Part shown: in pieces, positions 19,151 to 28,137 of the stretch
Layout of the letters: every line of letters starts with the position of its first letter
Position numbering within the stretch: position 1 is the first letter of the stretch
Assembly: GCA_016215655.1 (NCBI GenBank)
Contig: JACRIT010000049.1
Location: forward strand, 10-64,009
Source of the DNA: Acidimicrobiia bacterium
GTDB lineage: Bacteria > Actinomycetota > Acidimicrobiia > Spongiisociales > UBA11373
Direction: 5' to 3'
Length of the DNA: 64,000 nt
The notes under the pieces: model-generated
The model's input: the letters and a program-made list of their open reading frames with translations, nothing else
Database searches by the model: none
Told to the model about the DNA's origin: nothing
Translations under genes and position numbers: made by a program

Positions 19151-19216
19151 AACCACCACTGGCGAGACGCCGGACGTGACAAGGCGGTACGGCGATGACC
19201 GGATCGGAGAAACCGG

Positions 19217-19648
19217 GTGTTCCTGGGCGAGTACCAGCACAGCGTGGACGAGAAGGGGCGCATCGTGATGCCGTCGAAGTTCCGCGCCCAGCTCGAAGCC
19301 GGGGTCGTGGTGACCAAGGGCCAGGAGAGGTGCCTGTTCGTGTTCCCGGCGGACCGCTGGGAGGAGGAAGCGGCCAAGGTCAGCCGCCTTCCACGCACCG
19401 ACGAGCGGAGCCGCAACTTCGCGCGGTCGTTCTTCGGGGGAGCAAGCGACGTGCAGGCGGACAAGCAGGGTCGGCTGCAGATCCCGCAGGCGCTGCGTAC
19501 CTACGCGGGCTTGGAGAAGGACGTGGTGGTGGTTGGGGTGAGCGATCGGCTCGAGATCTGGGATGCGAACGCTTGGCAGAACCTCTCATCCCAGGCAGAC
19601 GAGTTGTACGCCGGCATCGCGGTGCCGCTCAGCGAGGGAGGAATCTGA
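19217..19648 (+). CDS. mraZ: Transcriptional regulator MraZ
   Basis: MFLGEYQHSVDEKGRIVMPSKFR and the second DxxxR repeat; first gene of the dcw cluster. Confidence 0.9.
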   Translation: MFLGEYQHSVDEKGRIVMPSKFRAQLEAGVVVTKGQERCLFVFPADRWEEEAAKVSRLPRTDERSRNFARSFFGGASDVQADKQGRLQIPQALRTYAGLEKDVVVVGVSDRLEIWDANAWQNLSSQADELYAGIAVPLSEGGI

Positions 19649-19745
19649 ATGTCGATCGGCTCATGGTCAGCCCCCTGGATGCCGTGCGGAGTGCCCCTTA
19701 CTCCGCCCGCTTTCCGCACGGCGCCAGCGTTCCGGGGGGCTGACC

Positions 19746-20711
19746 ATGAGCCGAGACGACATCCCGCCCTATCACGTTCCGGTGCTCGTCGACCAGGTGG
19801 TCGCGGCGATGACGCCAGCGGCGATGACGCCGGCGGCGATGACGCCGGCAGGGACCACGCCGGGGAGACCGAGCGTGGTGCTCGACGCCACGTTCGGCGG
19901 AGGAGGGCACTCCCGCGCCCTGCTCGCCGCATTGCCGTCGCTGCGGGTGATCGCCATCGATCGCGACCCGGATGCCGCCGGGTCGGCCGCGGGATTGGCG
20001 CGGGTGTCACTGCATCAAGCCGACTTTCGCGATCTGGAGACCGTACTTGCCAAGGAGGGAGTCGATGAACTCGATGGCGCCGTTTTCGACCTCGGTGTCT
20101 CGTCGCACCAGCTCGACGTGGGGGACCGAGGGTTCTCGTATCGCAGCCCCGGTCCTCTCGACATGCGCATGGGCCCGGACGCCCGGTTCGATGCCGCACA
20201 CCTCGTCAATGACCTCGACCGCGATGAGCTCGCCCGGGTCATCCGCCGATACGGCGAAGAGCACTTCGCCGGACGCATCGCCGACGCCATCGTCGCCGCC
20301 CGCCCGATCGGTGACACCGCGCGCCTCGCGGAGGTCGTTGCCGGGGCCGTGCCGGCTCGGGCCCGCGACCACGGGCACCCGGCACGACGCACCTTTCAGG
20401 CTCTCCGCATCGCCGTCAACGACGAGCTGGCTGCGCTCGAGCCAGCCCTCGATGCTGCCTTGCGCCTGCTGCGACGCGGAGGTCGGATCGCAGTGATCTC
20501 CTACCACTCGCTCGAGGATCGGATCGTGAAGCGGCGGCTCGCCGCCGGGGCGGTCGGTTGCACCTGCCCGCCGGAGTTGCCGGTGTGTGTGTGCGGTGGG
20601 GTGGCAGAGCTTCGCCTCGTATCGCGCAAGGCGATTCGACCCCATGACGCCGAGATCGAGAGAAACCCGAGGGCGCGCAGTGCCCGGCTTCGCGTTGCGG
20701 AGAAGATCTGA
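19746..20711 (+). CDS. rsmH: 16S rRNA (cytosine1402-N4)-methyltransferase
   Basis: HVPVLVDQVV...LDATFGGGGHS SAM-binding motif, DLGVSSHQLD, SYHSLEDR. Confidence 0.9.
   Translation: MSRDDIPPYHVPVLVDQVVAAMTPAAMTPAAMTPAGTTPGRPSVVLDATFGGGGHSRALLAALPSLRVIAIDRDPDAAGSAAGLARVSLHQADFRDLETVLAKEGVDELDGAVFDLGVSSHQLDVGDRGFSYRSPGPLDMRMGPDARFDAAHLVNDLDRDELARVIRRYGEEHFAGRIADAIVAARPIGDTARLAEVVAGAVPARARDHGHPARRTFQALRIAVNDELAALEPALDAALRLLRRGGRIAVISYHSLEDRIVKRRLAAGAVGCTCPPELPVCVCGGVAELRLVSRKAIRPHDAEIERNPRARSARLRVAEKI
19805..19849 (+). repeat. In-frame 15-bp tandem repeat (x3) inside rsmH encoding AAMTP-AAMTP-AAMTP
   Basis: gcgatgacgccRgcg repeated three times consecutively within the N-terminal region of rsmH. 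Confidence 0.6.
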
Positions 20712-21121
20712 TGGTCGCCCGGTCGCAGCCGCTCGCCCTGCCCGTTCCCTCGCGGGGTTTCCACGTGGTCATCGGCCCGCGCGCCCGGCGGCGCCGCGTC
20801 GGGGGCTGGATCGCGCTGTCCTTCACCCTGGCGGCCGTGTTCTTCGCCATGATCTCGTTGCGGGTGGCGCTCGATCGCAACGCCTTCGTCCTCGACGACA
20901 TCCGCGAGCAGATCGTCGTGGAGGAATCGAGGTACTGGGAGTTGCGCCTGCAGGTGGCGGAGCTCCAATCGCCGGAGCGCATCGCCGGCCTGGCGGAAGA
21001 GCTCGGGATGGTGTATCCGAGCCAGATCGCCACCATCGAGGTTCCCGGACTCGGCGATCCCGATCCGGGCAATGAACGCCGCTGGGTGGATCTCAAGACG
21101 CTGTTGAGCGCGCAGCCATAG
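20711..21121 (+). CDS. ftsL: Cell division protein FtsL (septum formation initiator family)
   Basis: Position between rsmH and ftsI; single TM (WIALSFTLAAVFFAMISLRVAL) followed by a coiled-coil-like segment. Confidence 0.65.
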   Translation: MVARSQPLALPVPSRGFHVVIGPRARRRRVGGWIALSFTLAAVFFAMISLRVALDRNAFVLDDIREQIVVEESRYWELRLQVAELQSPERIAGLAEELGMVYPSQIATIEVPGLGDPDPGNERRWVDLKTLLSAQP

Positions 21122-21250
21122 GGCTGCCGAGGCGGCAGCTTGGCGGGGCGGACCCCGCCGCGTAGAAGGATTCCGCCGCCGGGAAGGCACCCCGCGGCGG
21201 AGACGGCTGCCGAGGCGGCAGCTTGGCGGGGAAGGCACCCCGAGTCCGGT
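21121..21250 (+). repeat. Intergenic direct repeats with embedded hairpins between ftsL and ftsI
   Basis: 27-bp perfect direct repeat GGCTGCCGAGGCGGCAGCTTGGCGGGG at 21121 and 21201, each with the hairpin CTGCCG-agg-CGGCAG; a second repeat GGGAAGGCACCCCG at about 21181 and 21228. Confidence 0.6.
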
Positions 21251-21343
21251 GTGAGGAGAACGGCCGACCCGAAGAGGGGCGGCAGGCCGCTGAAGACAGC
21301 GGCTGTGGCGGGGGCATCGTCACGATGCCGAGGAGGAGAAACG

Positions 21344-23038
21344 ATGGAGGCACGGCCGCGCCGGCCGAACGGGCGTCTGATGAGCGTGGGCATCGTGCTC
21401 GCCCTCATCTGGACGCTGCTCGGCTATCGGCTCACCATCGTCCAGGGCGCCGATGCCGAGGCGTTCGCCGCGCAGGGGCTCCAGCAGCGGTTGGAGCGTC
21501 GCACTCTGGCGGCCGACCGTGGCACCATCGTCGATCGCGACGGCCGCGAGCTGGCCGTCACCGTCGACTCGACCACCGTGTACGCCAACCCGATGGAGAT
21601 CGAGGATCCGGTGGCGGTGGCGCGCGTGCTCGCCCCCCTCGTCGGCCGGGAGGTTCGCGATGTGCTCGACGACCTCGGCACCGACACGGAGTTCGTCTAC
21701 ATCGCCCGGCAGCTCGATCCCTCCGTGGCGGAACCGGTTCGTGAAGCCGACCTCGCCGGCGTCTACCTGCTCACCGAACCCAAACGGGTCTACCCCGCGG
21801 GGGCTCTCGCCGCTCACGTCGTCGGGTTCGTCCGCTCGGACGACAACATCGGGCTCGAGGGTCTCGAGCTGTACTACGACGCCGAGCTCGCCGGTCGACC
21901 CGGATCGTTGCTCGTCGAACGCGATCCCCGCGGCCTGGCGATTCCCCAGGGTGAGTACCGCGTCGAGCCTGCAGAACCGGGATCGGATCTCGTGCTCACC
22001 ATCAAGAGCGAGATCCAGTTCGCCGCCACGGAGGCGCTTGCCGCCGCCCTGGAGCGCACCGGCGCCGCGGCGGGTTCGGTGGTGGTGATCGATCCCGAGA
22101 CGGGCGAGATCCTGGCCATGGTCAACCTGCCCACCTACGACCCCAACGCCCGAGGTGACATCCCCGCCGAGGCGTTACGCAACCGCGCCGTAACCGACGT
22201 GTTCGAACCCGGCTCCACCCAGAAGGTGGTGACGATCTCGGGAGCGTTGGAGACCGGGCTCGTCGGGCCGGGATCACCGTTCGAGATCCCGGAGGAGATC
22301 GCCATCCAGGACACGGTGTTCGAGGACTTCACCGAGCACGGCGACGTGTTGACCGTGACCGAGATCGTCACCTACTCCTCGAACCTCGGCACCATCCTCA
22401 TCGGCGAGGAGTTGGGAGCGAGGCGTCTGCACACCTACATGTCGGCCTTCGGCCAGGGCGCGGTCACGGGAGTCGACTTCCCGGGGGAGGCCCCCGGCGT
22501 GTTGCGTGCCCCCGAGGATTGGTGCCTTGCCACCTGCGTGGCCGGTACCTCGATCGGATACCACGTCTCGGTGACGGCGCTGCAAATGGCGATGGTGTAC
22601 GCCACCGTGGCCAACGACGGCGTGTGGGTGCAACCCCACCTGGTCTCGGAGATCGTCCGTGCCGACGGGACCCGTGAAGGCTTCGACGGGATCGAGCGCC
22701 GGGTGCTGTCGGCGGTCACCGCCGCCCAGATGCGGTCGATGCTTCAAGCCGTCGTGGAGCTCGGAACCGGAGCGCTCGCCGCCGTGCCCGGTTATCGCGT
22801 GGGTGGCAAGACCGGGACCACGGAGCGATACGTCGAGGCTGAGCAGGCCTACAGCGACGACGACGTGGTCGCCAGCTTCATCGGCATGGCGCCCATCGCC
22901 GACCCGCGGGTCGTCGTCGCCGTCGTGCTCGACTCGCCGGTGCGTGATGCCACCGGAGGTCGGGGGGCGGCACCGGTGTTCTCCGCGGTGACGCTCGCCG
23001 CCCTCAACCAACTGGGGGTGGTTCCCGATGCCGGTTGA
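21344..23038 (+). CDS. ftsI: Peptidoglycan D,D-transpeptidase FtsI (class B PBP)
   Basis: N-terminal TM, PBP dimerisation domain, transpeptidase SxxK (GSTQK), SSN and KTGT motifs; GAGGAGGAG SD before the ATG. Confidence 0.85.
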   Translation: MEARPRRPNGRLMSVGIVLALIWTLLGYRLTIVQGADAEAFAAQGLQQRLERRTLAADRGTIVDRDGRELAVTVDSTTVYANPMEIEDPVAVARVLAPLVGREVRDVLDDLGTDTEFVYIARQLDPSVAEPVREADLAGVYLLTEPKRVYPAGALAAHVVGFVRSDDNIGLEGLELYYDAELAGRPGSLLVERDPRGLAIPQGEYRVEPAEPGSDLVLTIKSEIQFAATEALAAALERTGAAAGSVVVIDPETGEILAMVNLPTYDPNARGDIPAEALRNRAVTDVFEPGSTQKVVTISGALETGLVGPGSPFEIPEEIAIQDTVFEDFTEHGDVLTVTEIVTYSSNLGTILIGEELGARRLHTYMSAFGQGAVTGVDFPGEAPGVLRAPEDWCLATCVAGTSIGYHVSVTALQMAMVYATVANDGVWVQPHLVSEIVRADGTREGFDGIERRVLSAVTAAQMRSMLQAVVELGTGALAAVPGYRVGGKTGTTERYVEAEQAYSDDDVVASFIGMAPIADPRVVVAVVLDSPVRDATGGRGAAPVFSAVTLAALNQLGVVPDAG

Positions 23039-24482
23039 GCCGATCACCCTCGAGGCCCTGGCCCGCGTGACCCGGGGCCGCATCCGCGGCGATGGCGATG
23101 TGGTCGTGAGCGATGTCACCCACGACTCACGCGCTGCCGGCCGCGGAGTCCTGTTCGTCGCAGTGCGAGGGCTGGCTGTCGACGGGCATCGCTTCATTCC
23201 CGCCGCGATCGCAGCCGGATCCCCGGCCGTGTGCGTCGCCACCGACGACCCCCACCATCAGGTCCCAACGCTCGTCGTCGAGGACACCAGAGTGGCTCTC
23301 GCCCCGCTGGCCGCGACGGTGCAGGGACATCCCGCGGAGGCGCTGCGACTCGTCGGAGTGACCGGCACGAACGGAAAGACCACCGTCACCCACCTCGTCG
23401 AGAGCATCTGTCGGGCCGCGGCGATTCCCGAGGCGGTGGCCGGGACCATCGGGGCGCGGATCCGCGGCCGCGCCGTCCCGATGACGCGCACCACCCCCGA
23501 AGCCACCGACTTCCAGCGGTTGCTGCGGACCATGGTCGATGCCGGCGTGGACGTCGCCGCCGTCGAGGTGTCGTCCCATGCTCTCGCCCTCGGCCGGGTC
23601 GCCGAGACCCGCTTTCGGGTTGGTGCCTTCACGAATCTCTCCCAGGACCATCTCGACTTCCATGGCGACATGGACAGCTATGAGCGGGCCAAGGCGCAGC
23701 TCTTTCGCCAATGCGACGAGGCGGTGGTCTGGGTGGATGACGCTGCCGGCGCCCGCATCGCGCGGAGCCTCTCGATTCCGGTGGCGACGGTGGGCACCGG
23801 GACCGACGGGGATCTGCGGGTGAGGGACGCCGCACACTCGTTCTCCGGTTCGGACTTCGTGCTCGAAAGCGGCTCCTCGCGGCTCGCCATCCACGTGCCC
23901 CTGGCCGGCGGCTTCAACGTGGCCAATGCGGCGGTGGCCGCGGCGTGCGCTCGGGCGCTCGGCGTGGACGATGCCGCCATCGCTGCGGGGATCGCTGCCG
24001 TCGATGTCGTTCCCGGCCGGTTCGAACGCGTCGCCACCGACGCCGACTTCACGGTCATCGTCGACTACGCCCATACCCCCGAGGGGGTGGCCGCCGTCAT
24101 CGACACCGCCCTGGAGATCCTTGGCGGAACGGGAAGGGTGATCGCTCTCGTGGGCGCCGGTGGAGATCGCGACCGGGCCAAGCGGCCGCTCATGGGTGCT
24201 GCCGCCTCCCGGGCGCACATTGCCGTCCTGACCTCGGACAACCCCCGCAGCGAGCGGCCCGAGGACATCCTCGCCGAGGTCACCGCCGGAGCGCGCGGGC
24301 CGGCGACGGTGATCATCGAGATCGATCGCCGCCGCGCCATCGCTGCCGCCATCGAGCAGGCCCGGCCGGGTGACGTGGTGCTCGTCCTCGGCAAGGGCCA
24401 CGAGCAGACCCAGGATTTCGGCGACCATGTGGAGCCGTTCGACGATCGCCTCGTCGCCGCCGCTGCCGTGAGGGCGAGATGA
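23028..24482 (+). CDS. murE: UDP-MurNAc-L-Ala-D-Glu:meso-DAP ligase
   Basis: Mur ligase motifs GVTGTNGKTT and DNPR; position in the dcw cluster. Confidence 0.9.
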   Translation: MPVEPITLEALARVTRGRIRGDGDVVVSDVTHDSRAAGRGVLFVAVRGLAVDGHRFIPAAIAAGSPAVCVATDDPHHQVPTLVVEDTRVALAPLAATVQGHPAEALRLVGVTGTNGKTTVTHLVESICRAAAIPEAVAGTIGARIRGRAVPMTRTTPEATDFQRLLRTMVDAGVDVAAVEVSSHALALGRVAETRFRVGAFTNLSQDHLDFHGDMDSYERAKAQLFRQCDEAVVWVDDAAGARIARSLSIPVATVGTGTDGDLRVRDAAHSFSGSDFVLESGSSRLAIHVPLAGGFNVANAAVAAACARALGVDDAAIAAGIAAVDVVPGRFERVATDADFTVIVDYAHTPEGVAAVIDTALEILGGTGRVIALVGAGGDRDRAKRPLMGAAASRAHIAVLTSDNPRSERPEDILAEVTAGARGPATVIIEIDRRRAIAAAIEQARPGDVVLVLGKGHEQTQDFGDHVEPFDDRLVAAAAVRAR

Positions 24483-25816
24483 GGTGGGATCTCGACACGG
24501 TGGCAGCGACCGTCGGCGGCATCGCCGTCGGCGCTGCCACCGTGACCTCGGTGTCCACCGACTCCCGTCGCATCGGCCCGGGAGCGCTCTTCGTGGCCCT
24601 GCGGGGAGCCCGTGAGGACGGCCACGAACACATCGGAGCGGCGCTGGCGGCGGGGGCGGTGGCCGCCCTCGTCGAGCCGGGACGACTTCCCGACGGAGCG
24701 GCGGGTGTGGAGGTGGTCGATCCCCTTGCGGCGCTCCTCGCCCTCGGAGCGCGGCGGCGCGGCGAGATCGCGGTCCCGGTGGTGGGGATCACCGGCAGCA
24801 GCGGAAAGACCACCACGAAGGATCTCACCGCCGCCGTTCTCGGCCCGGGAACCCACTTCGCTCCGAACTCGTACAACAACGAGATCGGGGTCCCGCTGAC
24901 CGTTCTCGGTTGCCCCGCAGACGCCACCGCCCTGGTCGTCGAGGTGGGGAGCCGCGGTATCGGTCACATCACCGCGCTCGCCCCGTTGATCCGGCCGGAT
25001 GTCGCCGTCATCACCAATGTCGGCCCGGCTCACCTCGAGATGTTCGGCGACGTGGCAACGGTGCGTCGGGCGAAGTGGGAGCTGATCGACGCCCTGCCCG
25101 GAGGCGGGGTGGCGATACTGCCCGCCGAGGATGCGATCCTGGTGGGAATGCGCCGCGGTCCCATGCTCACGTTCGGCGAGTCCGCCGGGGCCGACATCGG
25201 CGTCACCGGGGTGTCGGTCGACGCCCGGGCGCGCACCACCTTTCGGCTCACCCATCGTGGGGAGCATCGTCCCGTGACCCTCACCGTCTCGGGGCGCCAT
25301 CAGCCGCGCAATGCCGCGGCCGCGGTGGCGGCCGGCGTGGCCCTGGGGGTCGAGTTCGACGAGGCCGTCGATCGCCTGGCCGACGTCAGGCTCTCGCCAT
25401 GGCGCATGGAAGTAACCGAGCGCGAGGTCGCCGGTGGCTCGGTCGTGGTGGTGAACGACGCCTACAACGCCAATCCCGACTCGATGGAGGCGGCGCTCAC
25501 CACGGTGGCCGCGATGCCGGGGCGGCACCTCGCGGTGCTGGGGATGATGCACGAGCTCGGCACCACGTCGCCGCAGCTCCACGAGGAAGTGGGCCGGCGA
25601 GCCGCCGCACTCGGCTTCCGCGTGGTCGTGGTGGGAGAGGATCCCGGCATCGCCCGTGGCGCGGGGGAGGCGGTGGTGGCCGTGGTCGGCGACGTCGCCG
25701 CCGCGGTGCCCGTGGTCACCGGTCTGGCGTGCCCGGGGGACGTGATCCTCGTCAAGGCCTCGCGTGCCACTGGTCTGGAGCAATTGCCCGAAGCGCTCGG
25801 AGGTGTCGCCCGATGA
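24479..25816 (+). CDS. murF: UDP-MurNAc-tripeptide:D-Ala-D-Ala ligase
   Basis: GITGSSGKTTTKD P-loop; Mur ligase C-terminal domain; ATGA overlap with murE. Confidence 0.9.
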   Translation: MRWDLDTVAATVGGIAVGAATVTSVSTDSRRIGPGALFVALRGAREDGHEHIGAALAAGAVAALVEPGRLPDGAAGVEVVDPLAALLALGARRRGEIAVPVVGITGSSGKTTTKDLTAAVLGPGTHFAPNSYNNEIGVPLTVLGCPADATALVVEVGSRGIGHITALAPLIRPDVAVITNVGPAHLEMFGDVATVRRAKWELIDALPGGGVAILPAEDAILVGMRRGPMLTFGESAGADIGVTGVSVDARARTTFRLTHRGEHRPVTLTVSGRHQPRNAAAAVAAGVALGVEFDEAVDRLADVRLSPWRMEVTEREVAGGSVVVVNDAYNANPDSMEAALTTVAAMPGRHLAVLGMMHELGTTSPQLHEEVGRRAAALGFRVVVVGEDPGIARGAGEAVVAVVGDVAAAVPVVTGLACPGDVILVKASRATGLEQLPEALGGVAR

Positions 25817-26859
25817 TCGCCATGCTGCTCGCCGCCGCGGTGGCGTTCCTCGTCACCTTCGGTCTCACCCCGGCAGCCATCCGGTTCTTCCGGGCACATG
25901 GTGTCGGCCAGTTCATCCAGGATGAGGTCGACCACGCCCACAAGCAGGGCACCCCGACCATGGGCGGACTGGTGGTGGTGCTGGCCGTCGTCCTCGGATG
26001 GCTTGCGGCCCACCTCGATCTCCGCGATCCCGAAGGCGCCATCCACCTCACGTTCAAGCCCTTCCTGACGCCGGGGCTCCTCATCCTTCTCGCCTTCGTG
26101 GGCATGGGGCTCATCGGATTCCTCGACGACCTCGCCAAGGTGACGAAGGCGCGCAATCTCGGGCTCAAGAAGCGGTGGAAGTTCGCCGGTCAGCTGGCGA
26201 TCGCCGGACTGTTCGCCTGGGGCGCCGTCGGTTACGACGTGACCACCGAGCTCGCCTTCACCCGGCCGTTGGGGATCGACCTCGGCTGGTTCTACGTGAT
26301 CTGGGTGCTGCTCATGCTCACCGCGGCCTCGAACGCGGTGAACTTCACCGACGGGCTCGACGGGCTCGCCGCCGGCTCGGGGGCCCTCGTCTTCTTCGCG
26401 TTCGTCATCATCTCGTTCTGGCAATTCCGCCATCCTGAGTTCTACGGCATCGTGGGCACGCTGGAGGTGGCGGTGCTGGCTTCGGCCCTCGGTGGTGCCA
26501 CCCTCGGGTTCCTCTGGTGGAATGCTGCTCCGGCCAAGATCATGCTGGGCGACACCGGCTCCCAGGCACTCGGCGGCGCCATGGCGGCGCTGGCGCTGCT
26601 CACCAACACCCACCTCCTCCTCGCCGTGCTGGGCGGCCTCTACGTGGTGGAGACGGTGTCGGTGATCCTGCAGATCATCTCGTTCCGGGGGTTCGGCAAG
26701 CGCATCTTCCGCATGGCTCCGCTCCATCACCATTTCGAACTGAAGGGGTGGCCGGAGACGACGGTGATCGTGCGTTTCTGGATCCTCGCCGCGCTCTTCG
26801 TCGCCCTCGGGCTCGGCCTCTTCTACAGCGACTTCATCACATCGGGGGGCATCGGATGA
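25813..26859 (+). CDS. mraY: Phospho-MurNAc-pentapeptide translocase
   Basis: MraY motifs (NAVNFTDGLDGLA; HHHFEL); ATGA overlap with murF. Confidence 0.9.
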   Translation: MIAMLLAAAVAFLVTFGLTPAAIRFFRAHGVGQFIQDEVDHAHKQGTPTMGGLVVVLAVVLGWLAAHLDLRDPEGAIHLTFKPFLTPGLLILLAFVGMGLIGFLDDLAKVTKARNLGLKKRWKFAGQLAIAGLFAWGAVGYDVTTELAFTRPLGIDLGWFYVIWVLLMLTAASNAVNFTDGLDGLAAGSGALVFFAFVIISFWQFRHPEFYGIVGTLEVAVLASALGGATLGFLWWNAAPAKIMLGDTGSQALGGAMAALALLTNTHLLLAVLGGLYVVETVSVILQIISFRGFGKRIFRMAPLHHHFELKGWPETTVIVRFWILAALFVALGLGLFYSDFITSGGIG

Positions 26860-28136
26860 CCACCCTCGTCATCGGTGCCGCGGCCAGCGGCAGGGCGGCC
26901 ACCGATCTACTCCGCTCCCTCGGGGACAAGGTCGTGGTGTACGACGCCAATCCGGATGCCCTCGAGGGCATCGAGGCAGACCTGGTGCGCGGTGGCGAGT
27001 GGGACCCGGCCCTCCTCGATGGGGTCGACCTCGTCGTTCCGAGTCCCGGGGTACCCGAGCATGCCGCCCCGATCGTCGCCGCCCTCGAGGCCGGGCTCAC
27101 GGTCTGGAGCGAGCTCGAACTCGGCTACCGCCGCATCCGGGTGCCGATCATGGCGGTGACCGCCACGAACGGCAAGACCACGATCGTCGAGGTGGCGGCG
27201 GCAATGCTCAACGAGTCGGGGTTGCGCTCCGCGGCGGTGGGCAACATCGGCGTGCCCCTCTCCTCAGTGGACGACTCCGATCTCGACGCCCTCGTCGTCG
27301 AGGCCTCCTCCTTCCAACTGCGGTTCGTCGAGACCTTCCACGCCCAGGCGGCGGTGCTGCTCAACGTCGCCCCCGACCACCTCGACTGGCATCGGACCAT
27401 GGAGCGCTATGTGGCGGCCAAGCAGCGGATCCTCGAGAGACAGACGGCCGGCGACGTCGTGATCTTCGATGCCGACGATGCCGGTGCGACCGCGGCCGTT
27501 GCCGGGGCCGCCTCGCATCGGGTCCCGGTGAGCGGCATCACCGTGCCATCGGGTGGCTGGGGGGTCTCCGGCGGCGCACTGCGTGTCGGCGAGGCCGTGA
27601 TCCGACTGGCTGACCTGGCCCGGGGAGATGGCGCCTTCGTCGTGGACATCGCCGCCGCCGCGGCAGGGGCTCTGCACCTCGGCGCCGATCCCGAGGCGGT
27701 GGTGGCCGCCGCCGGGCGCTATCGCCCTCAAGCGCACCGCCGCCAGGTCGTGGGGGAGTGGGACGGTGTCACCTGGGTGGACGACTCGAAGGCGACCAAC
27801 CCACATGCCGCGCTTGCCGCCATCCGTGCCTATCCCTCGGTGGTGCTCATCGCCGGTGGCCGGGACAAGGGTCTCGATGTCCGTCCGCTGGCGTCGGAGC
27901 CCAACCTGCGTGCCATCGTCGCCATCGGCGAGGCAGCGCCCGTCCTGGTCGCCGCCTCGCCGCGCACGGTCGTGGCGTCCACCCTCGAGGAAGCGGTCGC
28001 CATTGCCGACGATGCCGCCCGACCGGGCGACACCGTCCTTCTCGCCCCGGGGTGTGCCTCCTTCGACATGTTCACGTCGTACGGCGATCGCGGCGCACGG
28101 TTCGTCGCCGCCGTCCTCCAGCGAAAGGGGGCCTGA
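26856..28136 (+). CDS. murD: UDP-MurNAc-L-Ala:D-Glu ligase
   Basis: Mur ligase P-loop VTATNGKTT; position; ATGA overlap with mraY. Confidence 0.9.
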   Translation: MTTLVIGAAASGRAATDLLRSLGDKVVVYDANPDALEGIEADLVRGGEWDPALLDGVDLVVPSPGVPEHAAPIVAALEAGLTVWSELELGYRRIRVPIMAVTATNGKTTIVEVAAAMLNESGLRSAAVGNIGVPLSSVDDSDLDALVVEASSFQLRFVETFHAQAAVLLNVAPDHLDWHRTMERYVAAKQRILERQTAGDVVIFDADDAGATAAVAGAASHRVPVSGITVPSGGWGVSGGALRVGEAVIRLADLARGDGAFVVDIAAAAAGALHLGADPEAVVAAAGRYRPQAHRRQVVGEWDGVTWVDDSKATNPHAALAAIRAYPSVVLIAGGRDKGLDVRPLASEPNLRAIVAIGEAAPVLVAASPRTVVASTLEEAVAIADDAARPGDTVLLAPGCASFDMFTSYGDRGARFVAAVLQRKGA

Positions 28137-28137
28137 G

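Noticed and set aside
21140-21343. Possible longer ftsI reading frame starting right after the ftsL stop (the ORF-track entry is ATG-initiated at 21140)
   Set aside because: The region is an open in-frame extension, but it is occupied by structured direct repeats and hairpins and would encode RRRIPPPGRHPAAE-type low-complexity sequence; an ATG with a GAGGAGGAG SD at 21344 gives a normal FtsI cytoplasmic tail plus TM; kept as a repeat region, low certainty
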